DNA of 14,628 nucleotides from Octopus sinensis (taxonomy: Eukaryota), in NCBI RefSeq assembly GCF_006345805.1, contig NW_021825884.1, positions 1 through 14,628 on the forward strand, written 5' to 3'. The position numbers and the translations under genes were made by a program. Under the pieces are notes generated by a model. The model made no database searches and was not told the DNA's origin. It was given only the letters and a program-made list of their open reading frames with translations. Positions 1-9,610 of this stretch are shown piece after piece. How positions within the stretch are numbered: position 1 is the stretch's first letter; each line of letters starts with the position of its first letter.

Positions 1-348
1 AATCCTGTTTATCGAAACTAAAAAAAACGAAATATTAAAAGGCAGAAGACCCACGAGTTTAAGAACGTGTTTAAGAAAAAGTGAAATAACCTGGCGGCAA
101 CTCCTGGGGTTAGAAGGAAAGAAAGTTTAAGTTGCACACGTATCTTTATAAAGGTGGAAAAGATCTGGTGAGATCGTTTTAAGGGCTTATCATCTTCTCT
201 AAACCAATACAAAAAGAAATCAATTGTGAAATATCCTAAGTTTATTCTTAAATTATCAGAACGAAGTGAATAGGAATAAATAAAAGAAAGCTTGTTTATC
301 GAGACTAGGAAAAGGGAACATTAACAGGCAGAAGCTTATTGTTTGCAG

Positions 349-428
349 TGAGACACGTCTTGTTGGTCGGTTTTACAACTAAAAGTGAAGTTTACTTAAC
401 AACCCTGAAACAGCCAAGAATCTTAAAG
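349..428 (+). other. Candidate non-coding (5' UTR) exon of the downstream PAN-domain gene
   Basis: Acceptor-like TTATTGTTTGCAG ends at 348 and a consensus donor AAG|GTAAGT starts at 429. There is no ATG inside. The coding exon at 6741 starts 2 nt before its ATG behind an acceptor, so an upstream UTR exon is required somewhere. Confidence 0.35.
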
Positions 429-610
429 GTAAGTGAATTAATAATATTAAGAATGAAAAGAGAGATAATTACTGAAATTGTTTTTATAATTCTATGATAT
501 AAAATACTGTAGCTGACTTGTGCTTTTATTACACTCGGTTTACCATTTTCATTTTCCACTTCCGATGAGACAGGAAAGGACGGAGATGGATTTGTAGAAA
601 TCATGGATCG

Positions 611-831
611 ACTCTTTTGTTCTTTTATTTGTTTCAGTCATTTGACTGTGGCCATGCTGGAGCGCCACCTTTAGTCGAGCAAATCGACCCCAGGACTTAT
701 TCTTTGTAAGCTTAGTACTTATTCTCTCGGGGTCTTTGGCCGAACCGCTAGGTTACGGGGACGTAAACACACCAGCATCGGTTGTCAAGCGATGTTGGAG
801 GGACAAACACAGATACACAAACAAACACACT

Positions 832-867
<36 letters not shown>

Positions 868-954
868 CATGGCCCAAGGTGCCACGCAGTGGGACTGAAC
901 CCGGAACCATGTGGTTGGTAAACAAGCTACTTACCACACACCCACTCCTGCGCC
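611..954 (-). mobile_element. tRNA-derived CORE-like SINE (family A), with internal deletion
   Basis: Reverse complement of the family A copy at 12922-13310 (head GGCGCAGGAGTGG at 954; tail TGACTGAAACAA). Roughly 75 bp between the internal (AT)n and the core are missing at ~870. Confidence 0.9.
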
Positions 955-1065
955 TATAAATAATTATTAAACAATAAAATCACGATTAACCTTCTTAACT
1001 TTATTATTATAACTAGTAGAGATACTCGGCCATGTTGGGATTAAAATGGCATAGTTTTTTTATTG

Positions 1066-1384
1066 TTTTACTTGTTTCAGTAATATGGCCGCATCCATGC
1101 TGGAGCACCGCGGTTGGTCGAACAAATCGACCCAGGATTTATTCTTTGTAAGCCTGGTACTTATTCTATCAGTGTCAGTTGCCGCACCTCTAAGGTATGG
1201 GAACGTAAACACAGCAACATCGGTTGTCAAGCAATGGTGGGAATGTCATCAAAATCCACTGACATGGATTTGGTCGGCCCAAGGTTTTGTAGAAGACACT
1301 TGCCTAAGGTGCCACTCTGTGGAACTGAACCCGGAACCATGTGGTTGGTAAGCAAGCTCCTTACCACACAGCTACGCCTGCGCT
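1066..1384 (-). mobile_element. Family A SINE, older diverged copy
   Basis: Collinear with other family A copies but with many substitutions, and lacking the internal microsatellite segment. Confidence 0.85.
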
Positions 1385-1386
1385 TA

Positions 1387-1418
<32 letters not shown>

Positions 1419-1560
1419 TATGCATATATATATATATACAAATCCATATATATATATATATATATAACATACATATATATACATATACACATATATGTAT
1501 ATACATATACATCTATATATACATATATATATATACATACATATATATATATAATATATA

Positions 1561-1623
<63 letters not shown>

Positions 1624-1760
1624 GTTCTTGTCCCATTTGCATTTATATAAATAAAATGGGACAAAATGGGACAAGAACGTATATATATAATATATATTAT
1701 ATAACAGAGTACGTACACTTTGTTCTCTCTTTCTCTCTCTCTCTCTATTATATATATATA
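1385..1760. repeat. Compound microsatellite (TG)n/(TA)n/(TATAC)-like/(CT)n
   Basis: Directly visible dinucleotide runs. Confidence 0.95.
1623..1679. mobile_element. 57-bp miniature TIR element (MITE remnant) in (TA)n
   Basis: Perfect 16-bp inverted termini CGTTCTTGTCCCATTT (1623-1638) and AAATGGGACAAGAACG (1664-1679), flanked by TA on both sides. AAAATGGGAC is repeated subterminally. Confidence 0.7.
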
Positions 1761-2006
1761 TGTTTATGTCTGTTCTTGTTTGTCCTCACTATGTTTAGCC
1801 CCTTGTGGGTAGTAAAGAAATAGGTATTTCGTCTGCTGCTAGGTTCTGAGTTCAAATTCCATCGAGGTCGACTTTGCCTTTCATTCTTTCGGGGTCGATT
1901 AAATAAGTACCAGTTACGTACTAGGGTCGATATAATCGACTTAATCCGTTTGTCTGTCCTTGTTTGTCCCCTCTGAGTTTAGCCCCTTGTGGGTAGTAAA
2001 GAAAAA
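1761..2006 (+). mobile_element. Family C SINE fragments: a 3' end followed by one 5'-truncated ~184-bp unit
   Basis: Matches the full-length family C copies at 8152 and 8797. The junction AAAGAAATAGGTATTTCGTCTG is the same as in the 5976-6670 array. Confidence 0.9.
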
Positions 2007-2063
2007 GGTAAAACTACAAAATGCCAACTTGTAGAACTGAACAATTTTCATAAATGAAACCAT

Positions 2064-2811
2064 CTCTTTACTTGTTTCATTTGAATGCGGCCATGCTGGA
2101 GCACCGCCTTTAGTCGAGGAAATCGACCACGGGACTTATTCTTTGTAAGCCCAGTACTTATTCTATCGGTTTCTTTTGCCGAACCGCTAAGTGACGGGGA
2201 CGTAAACACACCAGCATCGGTTGTCAAACAATGCTAGGGGGACAAACACAGACACAAAAACATACACACACATACATATATACGATGGGCTTCTTTCAGT
2301 TTCCGTCTACCAAATCCACTCACAAGGCATTGGTCGGCCCGGGTCTATAGCAGAAGACACTTGCCCAAGGTGCCACGCAGTGGGACTGAACCCGGAACCA
2401 TGTGGTTGGTAAGCAAGCTACTTACCACACAGCCACTCCTGCACCTAAATACATATACATATATACGACGAGCTTCTTTCAGTTTCCGTCTACCAAATCC
2501 ACTCACAAGGCTTTGGTCGGCCCGAAGCTATAGTAGAAGACACTTGTCCAAGGTGCCACGCAGTGGGACTGAACCCGGAACCATGTGGTTGGTAAGCAAG
2601 CTACTTACCACACAGCCACTCCTGCACCTAAATACATATACATATATACGACGAGCTTCTTTCAGTTTCCGTCTACCAAATCCACTCACAAGGCTTTGGT
2701 CGGCCCGAAGCTATAGTAGAAGACACTTGTCCAAGGTGCCACGCAGTGGGACTGAACCCGGAACCATGTGGTTGGGAAGCAAGCTACTTACCACACAGCC
2801 ACTCCTGCGCC
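2064..2811 (-). mobile_element. Family A SINE with three tandem 183-bp head/core units
   Basis: Full body at 2064-2445. The head segment ends recur at 2445, 2628 and 2811 (period 183), joined through the internal AT-rich microsatellite. Confidence 0.9.
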
Positions 2812-3135
2812 ATCGATTTTTTTTTTTTTTTTTTTGCACGCGTATGATATTTTCATAACTTAAGATAGATTCGCATCGATGCGCTTGTTAAATCGATTGA
2901 TAGCGCAGAAGGTAGGATCGATCGCAGAAACAAGTATCAAGTGGTACAAATGAAAGAAAACATAAGTTGTCATAAGTTATGCGAAACAAAAGTTTTTAGA
3001 TCGAATCCAGCCTGTTCGGAAACCAAAGCAGTGAAAAAAATTACAATGTGAAGCAAAAAATTAATGACTATAGCTAGAATTAAATTAGTTCCAACGGACG
3101 GCCTAAATATAAGTGAAAAGAACCGATACGGATTA

Positions 3136-5749
3136 GGGATCTTTTCGGTTTGACCGGCAGTTTTTTAAAATAATTTCCACGTAACTAAACACTTGTAAAC
3201 TTCGTATACTGGTAGAATGTGTTTATAAAACATCTTTTCTCCTTGGCTTTATTGAGAAAATTCTATGGTTTTAAGATATTTGGGTCTTTTCGGTTTGACC
3301 GGCAGTTTTTAAAAATTTTCCACATAACTAAACACTTTTAAACTTCGTATACTGGTAGAATGTGTTTATAAACATCTTTTTCTCTTGGCTTTATTGAGAA
3401 AATTCTATAGTTTGTAAGATATTTGGTCTTTTCGGTTTGAACGGCAGTTTTTAAAATAATTTCCACGTAACTAAAACATTTTAAACTTCGTATACTGGTA
3501 GAATGTGTTTATAAACATCTTTTTCTCTTGGCTTTATTGAGAAAATTCTATAGTTTGTAAGATATTTGGGTCTTTTCGGTTTGAACCGGCATTTTTTAAA
3601 AATAATTTCCACGTAACTAAACACTTGTAAACTTCGTATACTGTAGAATGTGTTTATAAAACATCTTTTTCTCTTGGCTTTATTGAGAAAATTCTATAGT
3701 TTGTAAGATATTTGGGTCTTTTCGGTTTGAACGGCAGTTTTTAAAAATATTTCCACGTACTAAACATTTTAAACTTCGTATACTGGTAGAATGTGTTTAT
3801 AAAACATCTTTTTCTCTTGGCTTTATTGAGAAAATTCTATAGTTTGTAAGATATTTGGGTCTTTTCGGTTTGAACGGCAGTTTTTAAAAATAATTTCCAC
3901 GTAACTAAAACATTTTAAACTTCGTATACTGGTAGAATGTGTTTATAAAACATCTTTTTCTCTTGGCTTTATTGAGAAAATTCTATAGTTTGTAAGATAT
4001 TTGGGTCTTTTCGGTTTGAACGGCAGTTTTTAAAAATAATTTCCACGTAACTAAACACTTGTAAACTTCGTATACTGGTAGAATGTGTTTATAAAACATC
4101 TTTTTCTCTTGGCTTTATTGAGAAAATTCTATAGTTTGTAAGATATTTGGGTCTTTTCGGTTTGAACGGCAGTTTTTAAAATAATTTCCACGTAACTAAC
4201 ACTTGTAAACTTCGTATACTGGTAGAATGTGTTTATAAAACATCTTTTTCTCTTGGCTTTATTGAGAAAATTCTATAGTTTGTAAGATATTTGGGTCTTT
4301 TCGGTTTGAACGGCAGTTTTTAAAAATAATTTCCACGTAACTAAACACTTGTAAACTTCGTATACTGGTAGAATGTGTTTATAAAACATCTTTTTCTCTT
4401 GGCTTTATTGAGAAAATTCTATAGTTTGTAAGATATTTGGGTCTTTTCGGTTTGACCGGCAGTTTTTAAAAATAATTTCCACGTAACTAAACACTTGTAA
4501 ACTTCGTATACTGGTAGAGATGTGTATAAAACATCTTTTTCTCTTGGCTTTATTGAGAAAATTCTATAGTTTGTAAGATTTTGGGTCTTTTCGGTTTGAC
4601 CGGCAGTTTTTAAAAATAATTTCCACGTAACTAAACACTTAAACTTCGTATACTGGTAGAATGTGTTTATAAAACATCTTTTTCTCTTGGCTTTATTGAG
4701 AAAATTCTATAGTTTGTAAGATGTTGGGGTCTTTTCGGTTTGACCGGCAGTTTTTTAAAATAATTTCCATGTTCCACGTACTAAACACTTTTACACTTTC
4801 GTATACTGGTAGAATGTGTTTATAAAACAACTTTTTCTCTTGGCTTTATTGAGAAAATTCTATAGTTTGTAAGATATTTGGGTCTTTTCGGTTTGAACGG
4901 CAGTTTTTTAAAATAATTTCCACGTAACTAAACACTTTTAAACTTCGTATACTGGTAGAATGTGTTTATAAAACATCTTTTTCTCTTGGCTTTATGGGAA
5001 AATTCTATAGTTTGTAAGATATTTGGGTCTTTTCGGTTTGAACGGCAGTTGTTTTAAAATAATTTCCACGTAACTAAACACTTTTAAACTTCGATACTGG
5101 TAAATGTGTTTATAAAACATCTTTTTCTCTGGCTTTATTGAGAAAATCTATAGTTTGTAAGATATTTGGGTCTTTTCAGTTTGAACGGCAGTTTTTTAAA
5201 ATAATTTCCACGTAACTAACACTTTTAAACTTCGTATACTGGTAGAATGTTTTTATAAAACATCGTTTTCTCTTGGCTTTATTGAGAAAATTCTATAGTT
5301 TGTAAGATATTTGGGTCTTTTCGGTTTGAACGGCAGTTTTTTAATAATTTCTACGTAACTAAACACTTTTAAACTTCGTATGCTGGTAGAATGTGTTTAT
5401 AAAACATCTTTTTCTCTTGGCTTTATTGAGAAAATTCTATAGTTTGTAAGATATTTGGGTCTTTTCGGTTTGAACGGCAGTTTTTTAAAATAATTTCTAC
5501 GTAACTAAACACTTTTAAACTTCGTATGCTGGTAGAATGTGTTTATAAAACATCTTTTTCTCTTGGCTTTATTGAGAAAATTCTATAGTTTGTAAGATAT
5601 TTGGGTCTTTTCGGTTTGAACGGCAGTTTTTTAAAATAATTTCCACGTAACTAAACACTTTTAAACTTCGTATACTGGTAGAATGTGTTTATAAAACATC
5701 GTTTTCTCTTGGCTTTATTGAGAAAATTCTATAGTTTGTAAGATATTTG
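3136..5749 (+). repeat. Tandem satellite, 18 copies of a ~145-bp unit
   Basis: CTTTTC(G/A)GTTTGA unit markers at 3141, 3286, 3428, 3572, 3718, 3861, 4007, 4153, 4297, 4443, 4587, 4731, 4884, 5029, 5172, 5317, 5461 and 5607. Units are near-identical and differ mostly by homopolymer indels. Confidence 0.97.
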
Positions 5750-5913
5750 TTGTTGTTTTTTCTTGAATTTCTGCAATTTCAACCAATCAATGACGTCTAT
5801 TGAGGTAAAAAAACATTCTGTGCCGTATAAATACGTCCCTCGTTTAAGAAACAGATTGGGTTTATTTACATTTCTGAAGAAAAGAGATACACCCCCTTCC
5901 CCTAACCCTAACC
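3136..5913 (+). mobile_element. MITE-like non-autonomous element (one terminus visible) whose terminal segment is tandemly amplified
   Basis: Begins TA|GGGATCTTTTCGGTTTGA. The same terminus recurs with different flanks at 10190 and 10313. After the array it continues into sequence (5750-5913) also found at 10220-10312 and 10460-10562, ending in CCCTAACCCTAA. The second TIR is not seen in the window, so the class is inferred. Confidence 0.6.
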
Positions 5914-5927
5914 TATGTAGGATAAGA

Positions 5928-5978
5928 AGGTAGGTAAGTAGGTAGGTAGGTAGGTAGGTAGGTAGGTAGGTAGGTAGG
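5928..5978 (+). repeat. (TAGG)n tetranucleotide microsatellite
   Basis: Directly visible. A degenerate continuation (TAGG/TATG) lies at 6668-6707 on the other side of the SINE array. Confidence 0.95.
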
Positions 5979-6670
5979 TCGGCTTTGCCTTTCATCCTTT
6001 CGTAGTCGATTAAATACGTACCAGTTACGCACTGGGGTCAATGTAATCGACTTAATCCGTTTGTCTGTCCTTGTTTGTCTCCTCTGTGTTTAGCCCCTTG
6101 TGGGTAGTAAAGAAATAGGTATTTCGTCTGCCGCTACGTTCTGAGTTCAAATTCCGCCGAGGTCGACTTTGCTTTTCATTCTTTCGGAGTCGATAAATTA
6201 AGTACCAGTTACGCACTGGGGTCGATGTAATCGACTTAATACCTATGTCTGTCATTGTTTGTCTCCTCTGTGTTTAGCCCCTTGTGGGTAGTAAAGAAAT
6301 AGGTATTTCGTCTGCCGCTACGTTCTGAGTTCAAATTCCGCCGAGGTCGACTTTGCTTTTCATTCTTTCGGAGTCGATAAATTAAGTACCAGTTACGCAC
6401 TGGGGTCGATGTAATCGACTTAATACCTATGTCTGTCATTGTTTGTCTCCTCTGTGTTTAGCCCCTTGTGGGTAGTAAAGAAATAGGTATTTCGTCTGCC
6501 GCTACGTTCTGAGTTCAAATTCCGCCGAGGTCGACTTTGCTTTTCATTCTTTCGGAGTCGATAAATTAAGTACCAGTTACGCACTGGGGTCGATGTAATC
6601 GACTTAATCCGTTTGTCTGTCCTTGTTTGTCCCCTCTGTGTTTAGCCCCTTGTGGGTAGTAAAGAAATAG
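5976..6670 (+). mobile_element. Head-to-tail array (~3.8 units, 184 bp) of 5'-truncated family C SINE
   Basis: GAAATAG at 6112, 6296, 6480 and 6664 (exact 184 period). Each complete unit carries the B-box-like GAGTTCAAATTCC and the family C body. Confidence 0.93.
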
Positions 6671-6742
6671 GTAGGCAAGTAGGTATGTAAGTATGTATGT
6701 ATGTATTCTAGCAAATATGTATTTTTTTTATATGTTTCAGGA

Positions 6743-7070
6743 ATGGAAACACCAATTGAACATCCTTTAGTTCTCATATTGCTGCCAGCTTTGACTCTTG
6801 TATTTTTCGTGAGTCCGATGACTGGAGAGTCAATGTATCGAGGGGCCCTATTCAGAGAAACCACAACATCAAAATGCTTGACTGATCAGAATGAAACAAC
6901 TAAAAACGCAGAGTCTACACCAGAATGCGCCGCTTTCTGTATGTCATACGATGAATGCCAATATTTTAGCTACAGTAACGGCGCATGTTATATGCACCGA
7001 TGGTTTTTGGATGGGGAAATTGAAGAATATGACTGTGACCGACCATCGTATCTTTTGTTTTCTGAAAGCA
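6743..7070 (+). CDS. Coding exon 1: signal peptide plus PAN/apple-like domain of a secreted protein
   Basis: Acceptor TTTTTTTTATATGTTTCAG ends at 6740 and ATG is at 6743. The hydrophobic N-terminus (LVLILLPALTLVFFVSPMTG) is followed by six Cys including ECAAFCMSYDECQYFSYSNGAC (C-x3-C-x5-C-x2-F-x-Y-x4-C, PAN-like). A phase-1 donor GTACGT at 7071 joins in frame to 9074. Confidence 0.8.
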
Positions 7071-7119
7071 GTACGTAAATCAAAATTTTCTTGTATGCTT
7101 TTCAAATTTTCATATTATA

Positions 7120-7629
7120 CTAGCAGTATCGCCCGGCGTTGCTCGGGTTTGTAAGGGAAATAGCTATATAAGCATTTTTAGAGAGTTACTTCCCTTATAG
7201 ATGCCAATTCGGGCTTTCTTAGCCATTTCTGTTTTGGTGTCTTCAAGCCATGAAGTCGTTGTTCTAAGAGAACGCTGGTCTCCTTGACAACGCATTACGA
7301 CGTTGATTTCCTTACACTCCCTTCCCCACAGCTTCACGAGGGAGGGAAGGGGGACAAGCAAACAGGTGCAGGTGTGACCATGGACGCCAACTCCCCCGCC
7401 ATCGACACACGAAAAATTATGCATTAAAATGGAATAAAAAATGATGTTAAATTATTTTTAAAATCGTAGACTCATCGTAGACGCGCGCTAATAGCCAGAC
7501 GGGCTCGATATTAATCACGACTATAAGATATCCGAAATTGGTTAAACTGCACCGCAAAATGTGGGAGTAGTTAGGAATCTAAATCGAAGGGGACAGACAC
7601 TCACACAACTACAGTTTTATATATATAGA
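7120..7629 (-). mobile_element. Non-autonomous Helitron-like element (~510 bp)
   Basis: On the minus strand it starts A|TCTATATATATAAAACTG (5' end at 7629, or 7637) and ends with the GC-rich hairpin CCCGAGCAACGCCGGG about 8 nt before CTAG|T. These are the canonical TC...CTRR termini in an AT target with no TSD. Confidence 0.8.
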
Positions 7630-7733
7630 TATATAGATTTTCATCATTAAATCCACGTTACATGTGTGTGTGTGTGTGTGGCTATGGGTGTGTATGTGTG
7701 TGTGTGTATGTGTGTGTATGTGTGTGTGGGATA

Positions 7734-8119
7734 TGGAAGCACTCCATCGCTTACGACGACGAGGATTCCGGTTGATCCGAATCAACGGAACAGCCTGCTC
7801 GTGAAATTAACGTATAAGTGGCTGAGCACTCCACAGACACGTATACCCTTAACGTAGTTCTCGGGGATATTCAGCGTGACACAGAGAGTGACAAGGCCGG
7901 CCCTTTGAAGTACAGGTACAACAGAAACAGGAAGTAAGAGTGAGAGAGAAAGTTGTGGTGAAAGAGTACAGCAGGGATCACCACCATCTCCTGCCGGAGC
8001 CTCGTGGAGCTTTTAGGTTTTTTCGCTCAATAAACACTCACAACGCACGGTCTGGGAATCGAAACCGCGATCCTATGACCGCAAGTCCGCTGCCCTAACC
8101 ACTGGGCCATTGCGCCTCC
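7734..8119 (-). mobile_element. tRNA-derived SINE family B, full length
   Basis: Reverse complement of 11725-12110. A-box TGGCCCAGTGG and B-box-like GGTTTCGATTCCC in the head. Confidence 0.9.
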
Positions 8120-8151
8120 ATGTGTGTGTATGTGTATATATGTGTGTGTAT

Positions 8152-8385
8152 GGCGGCGTGCTGGCAGACACGTTAGCGCGCTAGGCGAAATGCTTAGCGG
8201 TATTTCGTCTGTCGTTACGTTCTGAGTTCAAATTCCGCCGAGGTCGACTTTGCCTTTCATCCTTTCGGGGTCGATAAATAAAGTACCAGTTTCGCACTGG
8301 GGGGGGGTCGATGTAATCGACTTAATCCCTCTGTCTGTCCTTGTTTGTCCCCTCTATGTTTAGCCCCTTGTGGGCAATAAAGAAA
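8152..8385 (+). mobile_element. tRNA-like SINE family C, full length, with 17-bp TSD
   Basis: Head GGCGGCG(T/A)GCTGGCAGA with B-box GAGTTCAAATTCC. TATATATGTGTGTGTAT is repeated at 8135-8151 and 8386-8402 (low complexity, but exact). Confidence 0.9.
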
Positions 8386-8539
8386 TATATATGTGTGTGT
8401 ATGTGTGTGTATGTGTGTGTACGTGTGTGTACGTGTGTGTACGTGTGTGGGGGGTTCGTGTGCGTGCGTGTGTGCGTATGTCTGTATATGTGAGTGTGTA
8501 TGTGTGTGTATGTATGTGTGTATGTGTGTGTGTATGTGT

Positions 8540-8573
8540 GGGTTAGAGTTAGAGTTAGGGATAGGGTTAGGGT
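8540..8573 (+). repeat. Degenerate interstitial telomere-like (TTAGGG/TTAGAG) tract
   Basis: GGGTTAGAGTTAGAGTTAGGGATAGGGTTAGGG. Confidence 0.7.
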
Positions 8574-8796
8574 TTTAAATTTATTCTGCGAGAGACTGAC
8601 AGTTATTTTAGTATTTGCACCAAACGAAAGTGAAAATAAGTGTAAATATTACCTTGAAAAAGAAAAGAGACATTTTTTCGTTTTGCCCCTTCCTCACACA
8701 CATTCATGTGACCCTTTCCTGCCGTTTAAGGGTTAACATCTTTTCTATACATTTACATCTAAATGACATACACGTGTACCCTTAACGTAGTTAAGG

Positions 8797-9026
8797 GCGG
8801 CGAGCTGGCAGAAACGTTAGCACGCCGGGCGAAATGCGCAGCCGTTTTTCGTCTGTCGTTACGTTCCGAGTTCAAATACCGCCGAGGTTGACTTTGCCTT
8901 TCATCCTTTCGGGGTCGATAAATAAAGTACCAGGTACGCACTGGGGTCGATATAATCGACTTAATCCCTTTGTCCGTCCTTGTTTGTCCCCTCTATGTTT
9001 GGACCCTTGTGGGTAGTAAAGAAATA
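8797..9026 (+). mobile_element. SINE family C, full length
   Basis: Collinear with 8152-8385. The 13-bp direct repeat TATACATTTACAT occurs at 8746-8758 and 9027-9039. Confidence 0.9.
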
Positions 9027-9073
9027 TATACATTTACATGTAAATTGTTGATTTCTATTTATTCCTGGTACAG

Positions 9074-9165
9074 AAACCGAGTGGCAGAAAGTATTTGAGA
9101 TGACCGAAAACTCATTTAAAAAAAGCCCTATTTATTTATACTGGGACAAATTGCCTATTGAAAAG
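9074..9165 (+). CDS. Coding exon 2 ((K)TEWQKVFEMTENSFKKSPIYLYWDKLPIEK)
   Basis: Pyrimidine tract plus CAG at 9071-9073 and strong donor AAG|GTAAGG at 9166. Phase 1 in and phase 0 out match both neighbours, and the frame is open. It sits in a small non-repetitive island. Confidence 0.75.
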
Positions 9166-9235
9166 GTAAGGAATTTTTTTAAATATCAGGTTTCTCTCCA
9201 TTTAATAAACAATCTCCATTTTGGTCAATCCGCTA

Positions 9236-9575
9236 TACTCTTTTACTTGTTTCAGTCATTTGACTGCGGCCATGCTGGAGCACCGCCTTTAGTCGAGCAA
9301 ATCGACCCCGGGACTTATTCTTTGTAAGCCCAGTACTTATTCTATCGGTCTCTTTTGCCGAATCGCTAAGTTTACTCTTTTACTTGTTTCAGTCATTTGG
9401 CTGCGGCCATGCTGGAGCACCGCCTTTAGTCGAGCAAGTCGACCCCAGGACTTATTCTTTGTAAGCCCAGTACTTATTCTATCGGTCTCTTTTGCCGAAT
9501 CGCTAAGTGACGGGGACGTAAACACACCAGCATCGGTTGTCAAGCAATGCTAGGGGGACAAACACAGACACACAA

Positions 9576-9610
<35 letters not shown>

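Larger units (their letters stand above)
7662..8540. repeat. Long (TG)/(TATG)n microsatellite interrupted by two SINE insertions
   Basis: TG-rich runs at 7662-7728, 8120-8151 and 8386-8540. Confidence 0.9.

Noticed and set aside
560-612. EF-hand-like peptide DETGKDGDGFVEIMD on the + strand
   Set aside because: It is short, lacks convincing splice sites and loop spacing, and runs into a SINE. Likely chance.
1016-1046. CTAG plus GC-rich stretch resembling a Helitron 3' end
   Set aside because: There is no clear hairpin and no matching 5' end. The similarity is too short.
1252-1271. Hairpin AAATCCA-CTGACA-TGGATTT
   Set aside because: It arises from point mutations in one diverged SINE copy. 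A 7-bp stem is expected by chance.
736-2858. ORFs such as 736-921, 1085-1351, 1114-1467, 1227-1718, 2221-2412 and 2361-2858 (recurrent GLNPEPCGW and [14 protein letters not shown] peptides)
   Set aside because: These are translations of family A SINE copies and microsatellites. They recur because the DNA repeat recurs.
3136-5749. Regularly spaced repeats resembling a CRISPR array
   Set aside because: Whole ~145-bp units are near-identical with no unique spacers, there are no cas genes, and the context is eukaryotic.
3133-5913. Telomere-bearing element (TTAGGG at left, CCCTAA at right)
   Set aside because: The left TTAGGG is better explained as TA plus the GGGATC terminus. The other copies (10190, 10313) lack it.
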